A stretch of DNA of 55,883 nt from Gnetum montanum (Eukaryota; Plantae; Gnetophyta): assembly GCA_015680685.1 (NCBI GenBank), contig MNCI01000996.1, forward strand, positions 1 through 55,883. Direction: 5' to 3'. The position numbers were made by a program, and so were the translations under genes. The notes beneath the pieces were generated by a model. That model was not told the origin of the DNA. It made no database searches and was given only the letters and a program-made list of their open reading frames with translations. Shown here piece after piece: positions 38,101 to 47,055 of the stretch. Each line of letters starts with the position of its first letter. The stretch's first letter is position 1.

Positions 38101-41100
38101 GGGCAGCCCGCTTGGGTGTTCGGACTAGATGGAGCACCACAAGAAGTTGTGCCCTTTTTGCCTGGTCGGTTGTTCAGGTTCGCAGCCATAGGTCCCCCTC
38201 CCCGAGAGGCCCCGAATGTCCCTCTCCCGGCCCGTCGAGGCCAGGAGGAACCACGCTGTTGTTGCCCTTGGCCGGGGGCAGCCCCAACCCCGACCTGCGA
38301 CACCCATGCGGACTCCGTCAAGCCATGTTTTGCCACCCGTCCCTTCTTTCCAATGAGCTTCCAGCCACCTTCTTTGAGCTTGGGTGTTGGGCTGCCCTGT
38401 TTCGCATGGTTGACCCCGCCAGTGATGCCCTCAGGCGAGGCCGGGGTCGCAGGCGGCAGGTTTTCGAACTGCACTCGGATCCTTTCCTCCCCTAAGTTTG
38501 TGTCCAGCACGATTTCGTCCACGCGGTCCTCGGAGCGCAGGGATTGCCATACACAGAACCTTGCAAAACCCAAACGATCCATCCCCGCAGTGAACGGGTC
38601 AAATTTTATAAACTCGCCAAAGAGATCGGCCAGCGATTTCAGAAAGTCCACTGACCAGTATTCAAGGGGGAGACTGTGTAGTCTCACCCAAACTGGTGCC
38701 CGCTCAAAAAGATCCTTATCTCGGTGTGCCCTCGGGCACCAAGGCGCCAGCGCCAGCCCCCGTGCCCCATAAAACCAGGGCCCTTCCACCAGGATGCGCT
38801 CCTTGTCCGTCCCTGATTCGAAGCAAAATAGGAGACGGTCGTCAGCCAGGCTTTTGACCATCATCGTGTCCAGCCCCCAAATCGACCAGACCCATCGCCA
38901 AATCAAGTCCATCCATGGCTGCGCGCCCTCCGACATGAACTTGCTGAGCAAGCTGCGTTCTAACCGTTGTAGGGTGCCGGCCGCCGGGCGACCAACCTTT
39001 AGGCTCATCACCGAACCCTCGCGCGAGCAGGTCTCAAACTCCCTGGGGCCTTTTAGCGCGGCCAGCGGGGCTGCCTGCCTTTCCTCATGCGCTTCGCTTG
39101 AAGCGATGCCATTGGCGGTCTGCGTACCCGCATCCGCTTGTGCCCGCCCTGTGCCCTCTGATGCATTTGAAAACATTCTCGCCCTGTGCCCTCTGATCCA
39201 ACTTTCCAACAAGTTTCTCCATAAGAAAATCAACTTTCTTCTTGGTGTATGCAATCTCGAGACTTAATAGTACAGGCAGAATACTGCCAAAAAAATGTAT
39301 ACACGACCACTGCAAAAACATGATCATATTGACTAAGATTACGAATAATTATTGAAGTTTCATTTGACTAACATGCAATAGTTATTGGCTAATATCAAAC
39401 CTTATATGTAAATTTTAATAATATTGTTAATGCTTATTATAGCACAGGAATGTTCACATAAAGATAAAAATAATTAACGCCTGACATATTACTTGGGAGA
39501 TGGCCGAGAAATGAAATCTATGCAAACATGATCATTAGTCATTAGTCGTTGATAATCAAGCACAAGAAACTCAATGCGTAAATAAACAATAGATATAGAA
39601 AAGACAATGGTCTTCCTCAGTCATAGGTCAGGTTAATCTTTAAATGGACAGACTTATCTGACTACTTTTTTACCAAAAGGCACAATTTACATATTCGCAG
39701 GTTTACTTGTTAACTTTGGTCATTCCTGGTCATTTCCAACTTGCTGAACCAGAACAAATACCATGCTAAAATATTTAAGCATGTGCATTTTTTTGGACGT
39801 TACTCGTTAGAACATGCTAATTCAAATACTTGGATCTTTGCAGATATTTTTACTCCCTAAGCCAAGGTTTAAATTGCTTTATTATGCTTTAGTAATCATC
39901 GATCTCTTCAAGGTAAACCAGCACATTTATCGTTTTCCAAATAGCTATATTTTAATTCAATATGTTATTGAAATTTTGTGCAACCTTCTAAGCTTGCTGC
40001 GTTTTTCTTATATGATTTTATTGTAGGCATTGCCTGGAGCATTCCCAGCTGTAGTAGCTGATTCTGTTCGGTGGCTATTCAATCGAGTGGGTGATTTAGA
40101 CATGGAGTGTCGAACTCGGCTTGTTCTTTGGTTTTCACTTCATCTGTGAGTTTCTTAGTTAACAACAATTGCTTCCAAGTCTTAAGCTCAGTTGCATCCT
40201 GTATGAACTTGTTCAACTCTGACTTGTTGCCTTCGAAAAATCAGTAAGCTTTTATTATGAGTTCTTAATCGATGTGCAATACTGGTTTCAGATCAAATGT
40301 ACGTTTTATATGGCCATGGACAGAATGGGGGCTTGTCTTGGATCTTCCAAAGTGGTCGCCACGGCGTGTTTTTGCACAAGAAGTACTTGAAAAGGAAGTG
40401 AGGTTGTCATACTGGGAAAAAATAAAGCAGGTTTGACACTAATGAGTTTCTCTGTTCAACATAACAAAATATACATTATTCAAAGTCCTCTTGCTTCTCA
40501 TTTTAATAATCGGTGATATTTCAACAAAGTAGAACTGAATTTCCGTCATGTATAATTGAGACATGATACCTTGTAATTTGTCTCCTCTTTTTATATAGAG
40601 TTTAGAGGAAGCTCCTGGTTTTGTGGAGTTACTTCCTCCCAAAGAAAATGGACCGTGCTTCAAGTATAGCAGAGAGAGTCAAGGAGAACAATCTGAGACA
40701 GAATTGGCTCTTGCTGCGGACCTCACAAATATGGTGAGAGATAGAAGAGTTGTACGTGAAATTTATACGTGGGTTGATGAGAATATTGTATCTGTGCATG
40801 GCACCAAAACAGCCATTGAGCTGGTGGTACAAACTCTTGTTAATATTGGATCAAAGACCTTGACCCATTTGGACAGTGTTCTGGAGAGATATGGACACCT
40901 CATCTCAAAGCTAGGTTCTGATCATTCAAATCAAGTTCTAATCATAGATGAAATTTCCAAGCTGTGGAAAAATAATTCTCAGATGATTGTGATTACTATT
41001 GACCGAATGATGGGGTACCGTATTGTTTCTAATTTCTCAATCTTAAAATGGGTATTTGCTCCTTCGAATATCGAGCAATTTCAGACCTCTGGGCGACCCT

Positions 41101-43502
41101 GGGAGGTAATACTTTCTTTCCATTTATTTGTGACGAATTTAGGTGTTTCTTTTCTGTGAGAGTAGATAAATTCAAAAATGGTCACTTCTGTCATTAACAG
41201 ATATTACGAAATGCCCTTGCAAAGACCTTTAACCGGATTTCAGATCTTAGAAAAAAGGTTGCCTCTGCAGAGGAAGACGTTAAAAAAGCCACCGACGCCC
41301 TTGCAAAGGTACAGGCTGAGGTAAGGTCCGCTGAGGCGTCTGCTGAAGGGGATGGAGGGCAGGAAACGCAGAATCAACAACGAGAGTTTAAATTAAAAAG
41401 ATTGAAGGCCGACCTGGAAAAACGGAAAACACAGGAGAATTCTGCTCAGGAGCAGCTGGAAGCCAATAATGCAGTACTTTTTAAGGAATTGCAGGATACT
41501 GAGGTACGGAGCTATATATCTTGTTGTCTTCCTAGAACTTAGAGCCAGCTATATGCTAGCTGTTTGGACTAATGTGGACACTTTCAGCTGGCCATCAAAA
41601 GATTCCCCAAAGGGTGTCACTGGAAAAGGTTTTTTGCCTGTGTCAACCATGGTCGGAGATGAAATGTTTCAATTTCCTAAGATAACATAACTCGCATTTC
41701 CTTGTATGTGTCGGAACAACTCGCATTTCCTTGTATGTGTCGGAACCACAACTAAGGAACATCGTGTTTCCCTCGTCTATTTTCTGCTCAATATCCCAGT
41801 CGGATTCTTAATCCCTTGTAAAAATCATCTGGTGCTCAGCGAATCACTTGTAAGAATGAAAAGAATGAGTATAAGTTGAAACTATTTTGGTTGTTCCTAG
41901 TGGATTGCTCACTTGTAAGAATGAAAGGAATGAGAATATTGCCAGCAGGATACTGTAGAAAAATAAGAGTATAACAATGCTGAAGTGTGACTTGAACCGA
42001 TAAACTTTTGGCTGTCAAAACAATGAGCTAACCACTTGAGTGATTTATCCCTAGCATTCATTTCCTTGTATTTTTTGGAGTCCGATCATTGCCGTTGCTG
42101 CCCTTGTAACTTATGTTTTAAAACAGTGCATAGTTCCATTAAGATATTTGTCATTACAGTTCAAGGGTTGCAATGCAAGGTCATATGCATGAGGGGACAT
42201 CGTCAGAGCTCATGGAATGGGTTTTCACATTGTTCAAATGCATACCAATGGCTTTTGACCATCAAAGATAAGGGCAGGTCTTTACAGGGATGAATTTGGG
42301 GTGTCCTTCACTAAAATTATGACTACTTACTTTTAGGTTATCATACCGCTGATATGATTCTTTGGAACAACTTAAGCAGAACACATGTTTCAGCATATCC
42401 TTTTAGATAAACCTGTGACTTGCATATTTACAAGTCCCATCCCTTCACAGGTATGAGTTTCTACCAGTGCATTTTTATATTACCATGACTATATTCCATC
42501 AACCTTGTTTACAAATATTGCTTGCCATTAGCTGGGCTCTCTCCAACGTGGTGATACTCGTGGGATATCCCATTTTGATTTTATCTCCTACCACATCAAC
42601 CACAGAAACGGGTCCTTGTAAAATCTTTTAAGGTACATCACCTGGTAATGTTCTTCCATCTTTGGATGACTGGGATCTCAGGTCCAAACACATTCGCAGC
42701 TGTTGCAGAAATGTCTGAGTATGTATGTGATTGCCGACAAGCTATGGCTCGAAGCTTCAAACATGATACTAAAGGGTGCTTTGTGTTGCTGCACATTTGA
42801 AATTCACATCACAGTTATTTTGTGCATCCTTAACTAATGTTTCGGATACCTGGCTCAATTTTAGTAACACAGACCTATCATCAATTTGGAAATGCAGGCC
42901 TTGCTTGTTGCTCTTTACAAAAATTTCTCCGAGCAACTCATGAAGCATAATCTGGACACAATTTTTGACTCTGAAGTTGACGCTGTAGAAGCTGAAAATG
43001 AGGGAGATTCCATGGCAGTTGATGGAGACGAACCGTCACCAATGGATGCCGATGATGACATGGAACGTCGGAACCAAAGGTGTTTTTTTCTGCATATCAG
43101 AGTTAGTAGCATTTATTCATGCCATTTTATTTTCATATTCACAATTTTGGGCAATGTTTCTTTTTTACACCGTGTGCAGATTTTCCAAAACTAAAGGGGC
43201 AGAAAATCAGGAAGAAGTTGAATGGTGTACAAGCACATTGGGTCAACTTCAAGCATTGACCCGCCAATATGCTACCGAGGTAAAATAACAAAGTCTACAT
43301 TATTGTCAGCAGTATCATTTACATGTTAACTATTATGTCGTTTCATCTTTACATAATTCAAAATCATTGTTTGCAGATTTGGAACAATATCGAAAAGCTG
43401 GATGCTGAAGTTTTTACGGAGAGCGTTCATCCTTGTATCAGAAATGCGGTATATTGTAGTCTGCGCCGCAGCATTCCTCCTTCGTCAGACATGATGCGTT
43501 AG
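14072..43502 (+). CDS. ABH1: Nuclear cap-binding protein subunit 1 (CBP80/ABH1/NCBP1), whole gene span, 19 coding exons, 871 aa
   Basis: Hand-spliced exons 14072-14155, 17870-17929, 18020-18076, 18611-18682, 19546-19608, 20430-20606, 22685-22816, 29811-29877, 30961-31163, 31616-31686, 34965-35049, 39844-39912, 40027-40145, 40292-40430, 40599-41105, 41201-41503, 42898-43079, 43180-43279, 43377-43502 sum to 2616 nt with no internal stop. The product is collinear with plant CBP80 (FETLLSSAATTVD..GNPSWQ, PIDRFVVEEY, ALPGAFPAVVA, IDRMMGYR, TRQYA.EIW). Confidence 0.96.
16748..16945 (+). mobile_element. tRNA-derived SINE-like element with an RTE-like 3' tail
   Basis: TGGTTAGAGCA head, B-box-like GTTTGATTC, tail GGGATAAAAGC...GATGATGAT. 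Confidence 0.45.
17870..17929 (+). CDS. ABH1: CBP80 exon 2 (EMCHGSILRELDHSEDNILE)
   Basis: GAG acceptor, GTAAG donor, phase 0/0; aligns to ETCFG.IRRE. Confidence 0.85.
18020..18076 (+). CDS. ABH1: CBP80 exon 3 (LLLQCFEELPHKSPYYATL)
   Basis: TAG acceptor, GTAAG donor; LLQC.E.LPHK.P.Y.TL motif. Confidence 0.92.
18611..18682 (+). CDS. ABH1: CBP80 exon 4 (VGLLNLDNEDFAKKVV...)
   Basis: CAG acceptor, GT donor; GLLNL.NEDF motif. Confidence 0.92.
19546..19608 (+). CDS. ABH1: CBP80 exon 5 (NALENEQCDKIRILIRLLTVL)
   Basis: CAG acceptor, GTAAT donor; C..IRIL.R motif. Confidence 0.9.
20430..20606 (+). CDS. ABH1: CBP80 exon 6
   Basis: VFETLLSSAATTVDDDTGNPSWQARADFYIFCILASLPWGG; TAG acceptor, GTATG donor. 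Confidence 0.95.
20911..22263 (+). mobile_element. Solo-LTR-like sequence in intron 6
   Basis: TGTTA...TAACA termini, purine-rich U3-like body, TATA-like site at ~21950; no matching TSD found. Confidence 0.5.
22685..22816 (+). CDS. ABH1: CBP80 exon 7 (RVQDELERVMAGIEAYLRIR...)
   Basis: TAG acceptor; in-phase GT donor at 22817 (donor position slightly less certain). Confidence 0.86.
23221..24983 (-). mobile_element. Merlin (IS1016/IS1595-ISXO2-like) DNA transposon, decayed, with imperfect ~55-60 bp TIRs
   Basis: Transposase pseudogene inside; left GGTGAA..GTGGGGAGGG..TACCGGAAGCAACTAGTT..ACCAGAAT versus reverse complement of the right end GGTGAA..GTGGTGAAGG..TACCGGTAGCAAGCAGTT..ACCATAAT. Confidence 0.75.
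23750..24690 (-). pseudogene. Merlin/ISXO2-like DDE transposase pseudogene
   Basis: Stitched translation: CPKC zinc ribbon, VSKHITID*YSFGRNIC, KIGGPVKIVEIDE, MFEGIEQ, DKSSKTLVNLIYKWV, LPSSEIHSNM*KAY, VNHSRHLKDP, VHINKEE, SYLHKFTWRR. Confidence 0.88.
26132..27452 (-). mobile_element. Solo-LTR-like sequence in intron 7 (left boundary uncertain)
   Basis: Minus strand starts TGATGCCAAC at 27452; CCTATAAAGG TATA box at ~26563-26572; many AGAYGTCT/AGACATCT motifs, as in the LTR at 6218-6964. Confidence 0.5.
29811..29877 (+). CDS. ABH1: CBP80 exon 8 (DFLEDLWGRIRSLREDEWKVNT)
   Basis: TAG acceptor, GTTAGT donor; DF.EDL..RI motif. Confidence 0.92.
30961..31163 (+). CDS. ABH1: CBP80 exon 9 (VPRPYFDFEARLVTGKSH...YPQRLQRL)
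   Basis: CAG acceptor, GTAAT donor; phase 1 join with exon 8. Confidence 0.93.
31616..31686 (+). CDS. ABH1: CBP80 exon 10 (IMKPIDRFVVEEYIMDVLLYLNGC)
   Basis: PIDRFVVEEY motif; TAG acceptor, GTAGG donor. Confidence 0.92.
32150..33150 (+). mobile_element. RTE-clade LINE relic (RT C-terminal half to 3' tail), possibly with a small SINE-like insert at ~32478-32650
   Basis: Decayed motifs DFSVIVGLNQ, LESEDLKIS..KYM, KFYRIVIR.ALLY..ESW, RGRP; tail GACAAGGCTAGGATGATAATGAT. Confidence 0.65.
33425..33739 (+). repeat. Tandem duplication, two diverged ~157-bp units (RTE-like sequence)
   Basis: 33425-33582 versus 33583-33739; both end GGCATGTTCAARGTGACT. Confidence 0.85.
34965..35049 (+). CDS. ABH1: CBP80 exon 11 (RKECTAYLVGLPVPFNYDKILAETIFSQ)
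   Basis: TAG acceptor, GTAATG donor; phase 2 join with exon 10. Confidence 0.93.
35600..36618 (-). pseudogene. Extra coding region fused in frame after ORF2, resembling plant retroelement accessory protein (Transposase_32-like)
   Basis: MGPRACLEP..MGWTTLL..FYAN*..FRGRQIQV..LAEVIGAP..AWRATTAMVERYF..HFMFLKH..INLPHFLWESL..HPMVIYVLW; four stops and one frameshift. Confidence 0.6.
36619..37810 (-). pseudogene. LINE ORF2 remnant: endonuclease N-terminus, RT tail and zf-RVT; RT core absent
   Basis: MKILS*NCRG, DVVCLQETK, GRAGGL, then directly GLTTNTGKS, TYLGMP, LSRKGKIIL, KIKAFGWLV, CPMC..ETHQHFVHEC, LWTLWRARNNRIF. Confidence 0.9.
38046..39176 (-). CDS. LINE ORF1 protein (DUF4283-type), 376 aa from the first ATG inside the element
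   Basis: LFCFESGTDKERILVEGPWF, APVWVRLHSLPLEYW, FARFCV, VQFENLP; probable frameshifted C-terminal continuation to 37807. Confidence 0.85.
   Translation of the reverse strand: MFSNASEGTGRAQADAGTQTANGIASSEAHEERQAAPLAALKGPREFETCSREGSVMSLKVGRPAAGTLQRLERSLLSKFMSEGAQPWMDLIWRWVWSIWGLDTMMVKSLADDRLLFCFESGTDKERILVEGPWFYGARGLALAPWCPRAHRDKDLFERAPVWVRLHSLPLEYWSVDFLKSLADLFGEFIKFDPFTAGMDRLGFARFCVWQSLRSEDRVDEIVLDTNLGEERIRVQFENLPPATPASPEGITGGVNHAKQGSPTPKLKEGGWKLIGKKGRVAKHGLTESAWVSQVGVGAAPGQGQQQRGSSWPRRAGRGTFGASRGGGPMAANLNNRPGKKGTTSCGAPSSPNTQAGCPSSPNSPKTRGWTHLRWG
39844..39912 (+). CDS. ABH1: CBP80 exon 12 (IFLLPKPRFKLLYYALVIIDLFK)
   Basis: CAG acceptor, GTAAA donor. Confidence 0.93.
40027..40145 (+). CDS. 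ABH1: CBP80 exon 13 (ALPGAFPAVVA...DLDMECRTRLVLWFS)
   Basis: TAG acceptor, GTGAGT donor. Confidence 0.94.
40292..40430 (+). CDS. ABH1: CBP80 exon 14 (FIWPWTEWGLVLDLPKW...EVRLSYWEKIKQ)
   Basis: CAG acceptor, GT donor; WPW.EW and EVRLSYW motifs. Confidence 0.94.
40599..41105 (+). CDS. ABH1: CBP80 exon 15
   Basis: ELLPPK, VVQTLVNIGSKTLTHL, IDRMMGYRIVSN; TAG acceptor, GTAAT donor. Confidence 0.95.
41201..41503 (+). CDS. ABH1: CBP80 exon 16 (ILRNALAKTFNRISDLRK, coiled-coil region)
   Basis: CAG acceptor, GTACG donor; 303 nt open frame. Confidence 0.92.
41689..41746 (+). repeat. Perfect tandem duplication, 2 x 29 bp
   Basis: AACTCGCATTTCCTTGTATGTGTCGGAAC twice. Confidence 0.95.
42898..43079 (+). 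CDS. ABH1: CBP80 exon 17 (ALLVALYKNFSE..., acidic region)
   Basis: CAG acceptor, GT donor; phase 2 join with exon 18. Confidence 0.88.
43180..43279 (+). CDS. ABH1: CBP80 exon 18 (EWCTSTLGQLQALTRQYATE)
   Basis: CAG acceptor, GTAAA donor. Confidence 0.93.
43377..43502 (+). CDS. ABH1: CBP80 exon 19 (IWNNIEKLDAEVFTESVHP..., stop)
   Basis: CAG acceptor; TAG stop at 43500-43502. Confidence 0.93.
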   Translation: MWNNIEKLDAEVFTESVHPCIRNAVYCSLRRSIPPSSDMMR

Positions 43503-44379
43503 TTCTTACGCACAGATAGCATTATGTACACTAATGATCCCCTGTTAAATCTTCAACACTGTAGTGCACGAGTGTATAATTATATTCCCTGGTAACATCT
43601 TCAACATTTGAATCATTGTATCTCTGAACACATGCAGTATGTTATACCCGATCTTTATAAAGAAGGGTACTGGCTACCCTGTAAATCATGTCTGTTGGAA
43701 TGGAGCGTGAATGATGAGATATGATAGAACTTGAATGGTTTTGGAAATTTTGGAAATTGCATATTTTCTCTGTACTATTTATAATTATTGATGGTTTTAG
43801 GAATAATTCAAATATATAGCAATGCAATTAGAAACAGAGGCATGGGCAGAAGAAAGTTGAATTATTCTTCCAATCTTAAAATATGAAATTTGTGGGAAAG
43901 CTACGTTAAATCCTGCCTGATTAAAAGGGGAAAAAAATCATTTTTAGGGTATTTCTGGTAAAATTATATTAATGAAAGAGAATTCGGTTCTGTGAAAAGT
44001 TACGTTTTAGGAAAACATGATTCCAGCTAGAATTGCAAATGAGGATAAAAAACAAAAAATAAAGTCCACATTTAATTTTACAACAAATGTTTTTAAAAAT
44101 AATGTTATAAAAATGCATTTTTTGTTTGTTTTTGAGTGTGGCATCAATGAAGCAGCCTTTTGGTAGGATCCTTTTTTATTCATGGGTCACATTTACCTTG
44201 TTGTATGGGTAGGGGTTGTGTTACCAACCTTGAGTTAGCTTGCCTTAAAAAAATAAAAAAAAGGTGAAGGCATTTTAAAAATTATAGTAGTAAAAATGAT
44301 ATTGTGCATATTCAATTTAATGCTAATTTAATCTATGAAACTGAAAAGTCAAATTTTATTCTTTGTCCACCCTCTACAT

Positions 44380-46560
44380 CTATTGGATAGTAGAAATGTG
44401 CATGGTATGAGTTTTGAAAACATCCGTAAGAAAATTAGCAAATATTCTTGGTAACATTTGTAACAAATCAATCAAATTTGGAGGTGTAATATCCTCATCT
44501 TTAATTGTCAAAAACCATTGATGTCCTCCATCTATGTGTAATGTGCTTAAATGTATGATACTGCATGAAAATGTGTTCATTTTCAATGTTATTTGTATTG
44601 CAGAGTTGACATATTTGTTCTTCACAAGGAATTTTGAACCATATTGCCATATTTGAGTGTATGTAGCTAGCATTTGAGTGATACAAGCAAAGCATATGCT
44701 TGTGCAAGAAACCATTCTTACATTGTTAAATTTTCTCCAAAAAATTTGAGATGGCAAGTCTAGCATCAAATAAAGACTGCTTGTGTTTTCTAGAGTAGAA
44801 TACTTTTTGGTTGCTTTCTAGTTTAATAAACTAGGTATTTAAAGCATCAAGGGTTTAATTAGTGTATGACATTAATTTATCAAAGGTCATTTTACCTTTT
44901 AATTATATTTGCCCATATTCCATGAGGCAAGAAAATAAGGTGTTGTAGATGAATGTAATTTAGTAGGTGGATTTGTTGAAATCTAAATATTTTATGAATA
45001 ATATGAGAAATTAAGGTTACATTATTTGATGAAAACAAAGATGATGCATTAAAACAAAGAGAGGAGGATTAATTTATTAGTTCTCAAGAAATCAAGAAAA
45101 TTATTTCTATTCCAATGTGACTCTTTGTATGATTGGGTGTAGAAAACATAAAAACTAATTAGTATATTAAAAATGGAAGCACATTATCTTCAAGTTTATA
45201 CTAAAAAATGGAATAATATGCAAAGTGAGTATAGAATATGCTAATTATGCTTACTACAAGTCATTGAAGAATGACGTATATTATTTGAATGTTGTTGAAC
45301 AAAATTTTTATAAGAAAGTGTCATATATTATTAGAATGTTGTTGGTGGTAAATTATAGTTTTGTATAGTTTTACATTAAACAATAAGTAATGCCAGAAAA
45401 TAAAGACTTATTATAGATATAGAATCTTTCTAGCAAGAGGTACAAACTTTGTTGAAAATAAAAAAGTTTGAAGATCAATTAAAAGACATATTACTAGAGG
45501 TTGCAAAAAATATTATTATGCAACAAATGGTTATGGGTAAGAAGAAGTGGTTTAATAAAGAATGTCCACAAATAAGGTCAGCTATTAAAAATTCCTATTA
45601 AAAAAAAAAAACTTTGGATAAGAACTACATGAAATTGCTGTAAAAGGGAAAAAGAACATTTCTAAAAGATCACCAAAAGAATATAGTGCTAATGATAATG
45701 CAAGATCCATGAAATTTTTGGTAACTTTTTAGAAATAAAGTTTCTCTAAACAATGATATTTCATTTACATAGATATAAAAGTTTTACAAAAATTTGTTTC
45801 ATTATTGAAACACCGTAAAGAAAATTTGTGTTACAATCCATGTCAAAAATTCATTATGGAAATATAAAGGCAAATACAATTGTCTTATTTTCCCCAAAAT
45901 CTTACATTATGGCCTTGTATTACTAGAATTTAAGGCAGTTTTTAATGTAAGATATGAGGTGCGTAGCCTATATACTATAGATCTCATACATCCTAGCTTA
46001 TAGAGGCTAACAAATACTTCACAAGCTATAAAATGCCTTATTTTCTAGCTTGTGGAAGCTACAAAATCCATGTATGCTAGCTTGTGGGGGTAAAAGTGTT
46101 TCAAAAGCTACAAAATTTGATGTTTTAGCCTTATACATTGAGCATTGTAGTTCCATCTTTTGGATAGCCCAAACAGACAATGTATAAGATTTGGGCTTTA
46201 ATCCCATATGCTGGGCATTCCAGTTTCATATGCTAGGAAACATGCAAGGGTAGCATATAGAGAACAAAAATTAGCTAAAATTGCTCATATGTTGCGTGGA
46301 GGTGTTCCAGGTGCAATGGAATTTGCTAAAAATCTCTCAGCAATCATGATAGAACTAGCGACAACAAATGAGGGACCCAAGGCCTATTTAAACAAAAATC
46401 TATTTCATTGTAAGGATTTTTTGGCATTTTGCATCTATGTTGAACTTGAGACTTTTGAGCACTGCAAATGGCCAAGAGTTTGCGATGAATATCATCATTT
46501 TTTTATAGCGCAGATCACTAGAGTAGGCAAGCAAAGTTAAGGAGCAGATTCATGCAGATA
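44380..46560. mobile_element. Highly decayed non-L1 LINE fragments (RTEX/CR1-like) on both strands
   Basis: Minus strand WFKIPCEEQICQLCNTNNIENEH (C-terminal zinc finger-like) at ~44560-44650; plus strand KKWFNKEC at ~45545. Confidence 0.4.
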
Positions 46561-47037
46561 CATTGCAGAATACACCCTATGATTGTATCAAAGCTTAAAG
46601 ATGTTATTGCATATTTTGGGTTTTCTAAAACCTATAATCTGTATTTCCTAAACTTTTGATTATAACATTTTATTTCATAATATTAATATCAAAGTTGTAG
46701 TTCCACAGTTGTTTTGTCATTTTTTTTGTTTATCAACCTATTTTGGTCTTTGGCACTATGTTTTAAGATAAAGATGATCATTTGAATTTTTTATCACTTG
46801 GTAACAGACCCTTTAAGTCCTCATTTGATTGGCAAGACAGTTTGAGGTGCTCATAGATCCTTCCTAGGCCCATGGATTTGTGAATAGAACTGTTCCAACA
46901 AGGATCTTTGGTGCTTCAGCACTGAATTTTTCCATTGCTATACGAAGAAACCTAAAGTCTTTAGAATTTGACTAGATCGTTGAGTGAATGCTAGTGATTT
47001 GTATGGTTGGACGTAGGGTATACTTGCTACTCATCAT

Positions 47038-47055
47038 TGGTGCCGTTGTCAGGGA
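47038..47055 (+). promoter_or_regulatory. Primer binding site (tRNA-Asp type, Athila-like)
   Basis: TGGTGCCGTTGTCAGGGA directly after the LTR end. Confidence 0.75.

Larger units (their letters stand above)
35363..39220 (-). mobile_element. L1-like LINE, 5'-complete but internally deleted, antisense in intron 11
   Basis: TSD ATAAGAAAATCAAC at 35349-35362 and 39221-39234; T14 tail at 35363-35376; AATAAA on the minus strand at 35395-35400; sharp GC-rich island. Confidence 0.95.

Noticed and set aside
35363-39220. GC-rich island as bacterial contamination or horizontal gene transfer
   Set aside because: The TSD, poly(A) tail and DUF4283/endonuclease/zf-RVT motifs identify a plant L1-like LINE.
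39177-39254. ORF-track start of the 402-aa LINE ORF1
   Set aside because: It begins outside the TSD, in host intron sequence; the first ATG inside the element is 39176.
38061-39267. Plus-strand ORFs of 144, 230 and 157 aa
   Set aside because: Antisense shadows of the GC-rich ORF1, with no recognisable motifs.
41689-41746. 29-bp repeat as a CRISPR-like array
   Set aside because: Two abutting copies with no spacer, in a eukaryotic intron.
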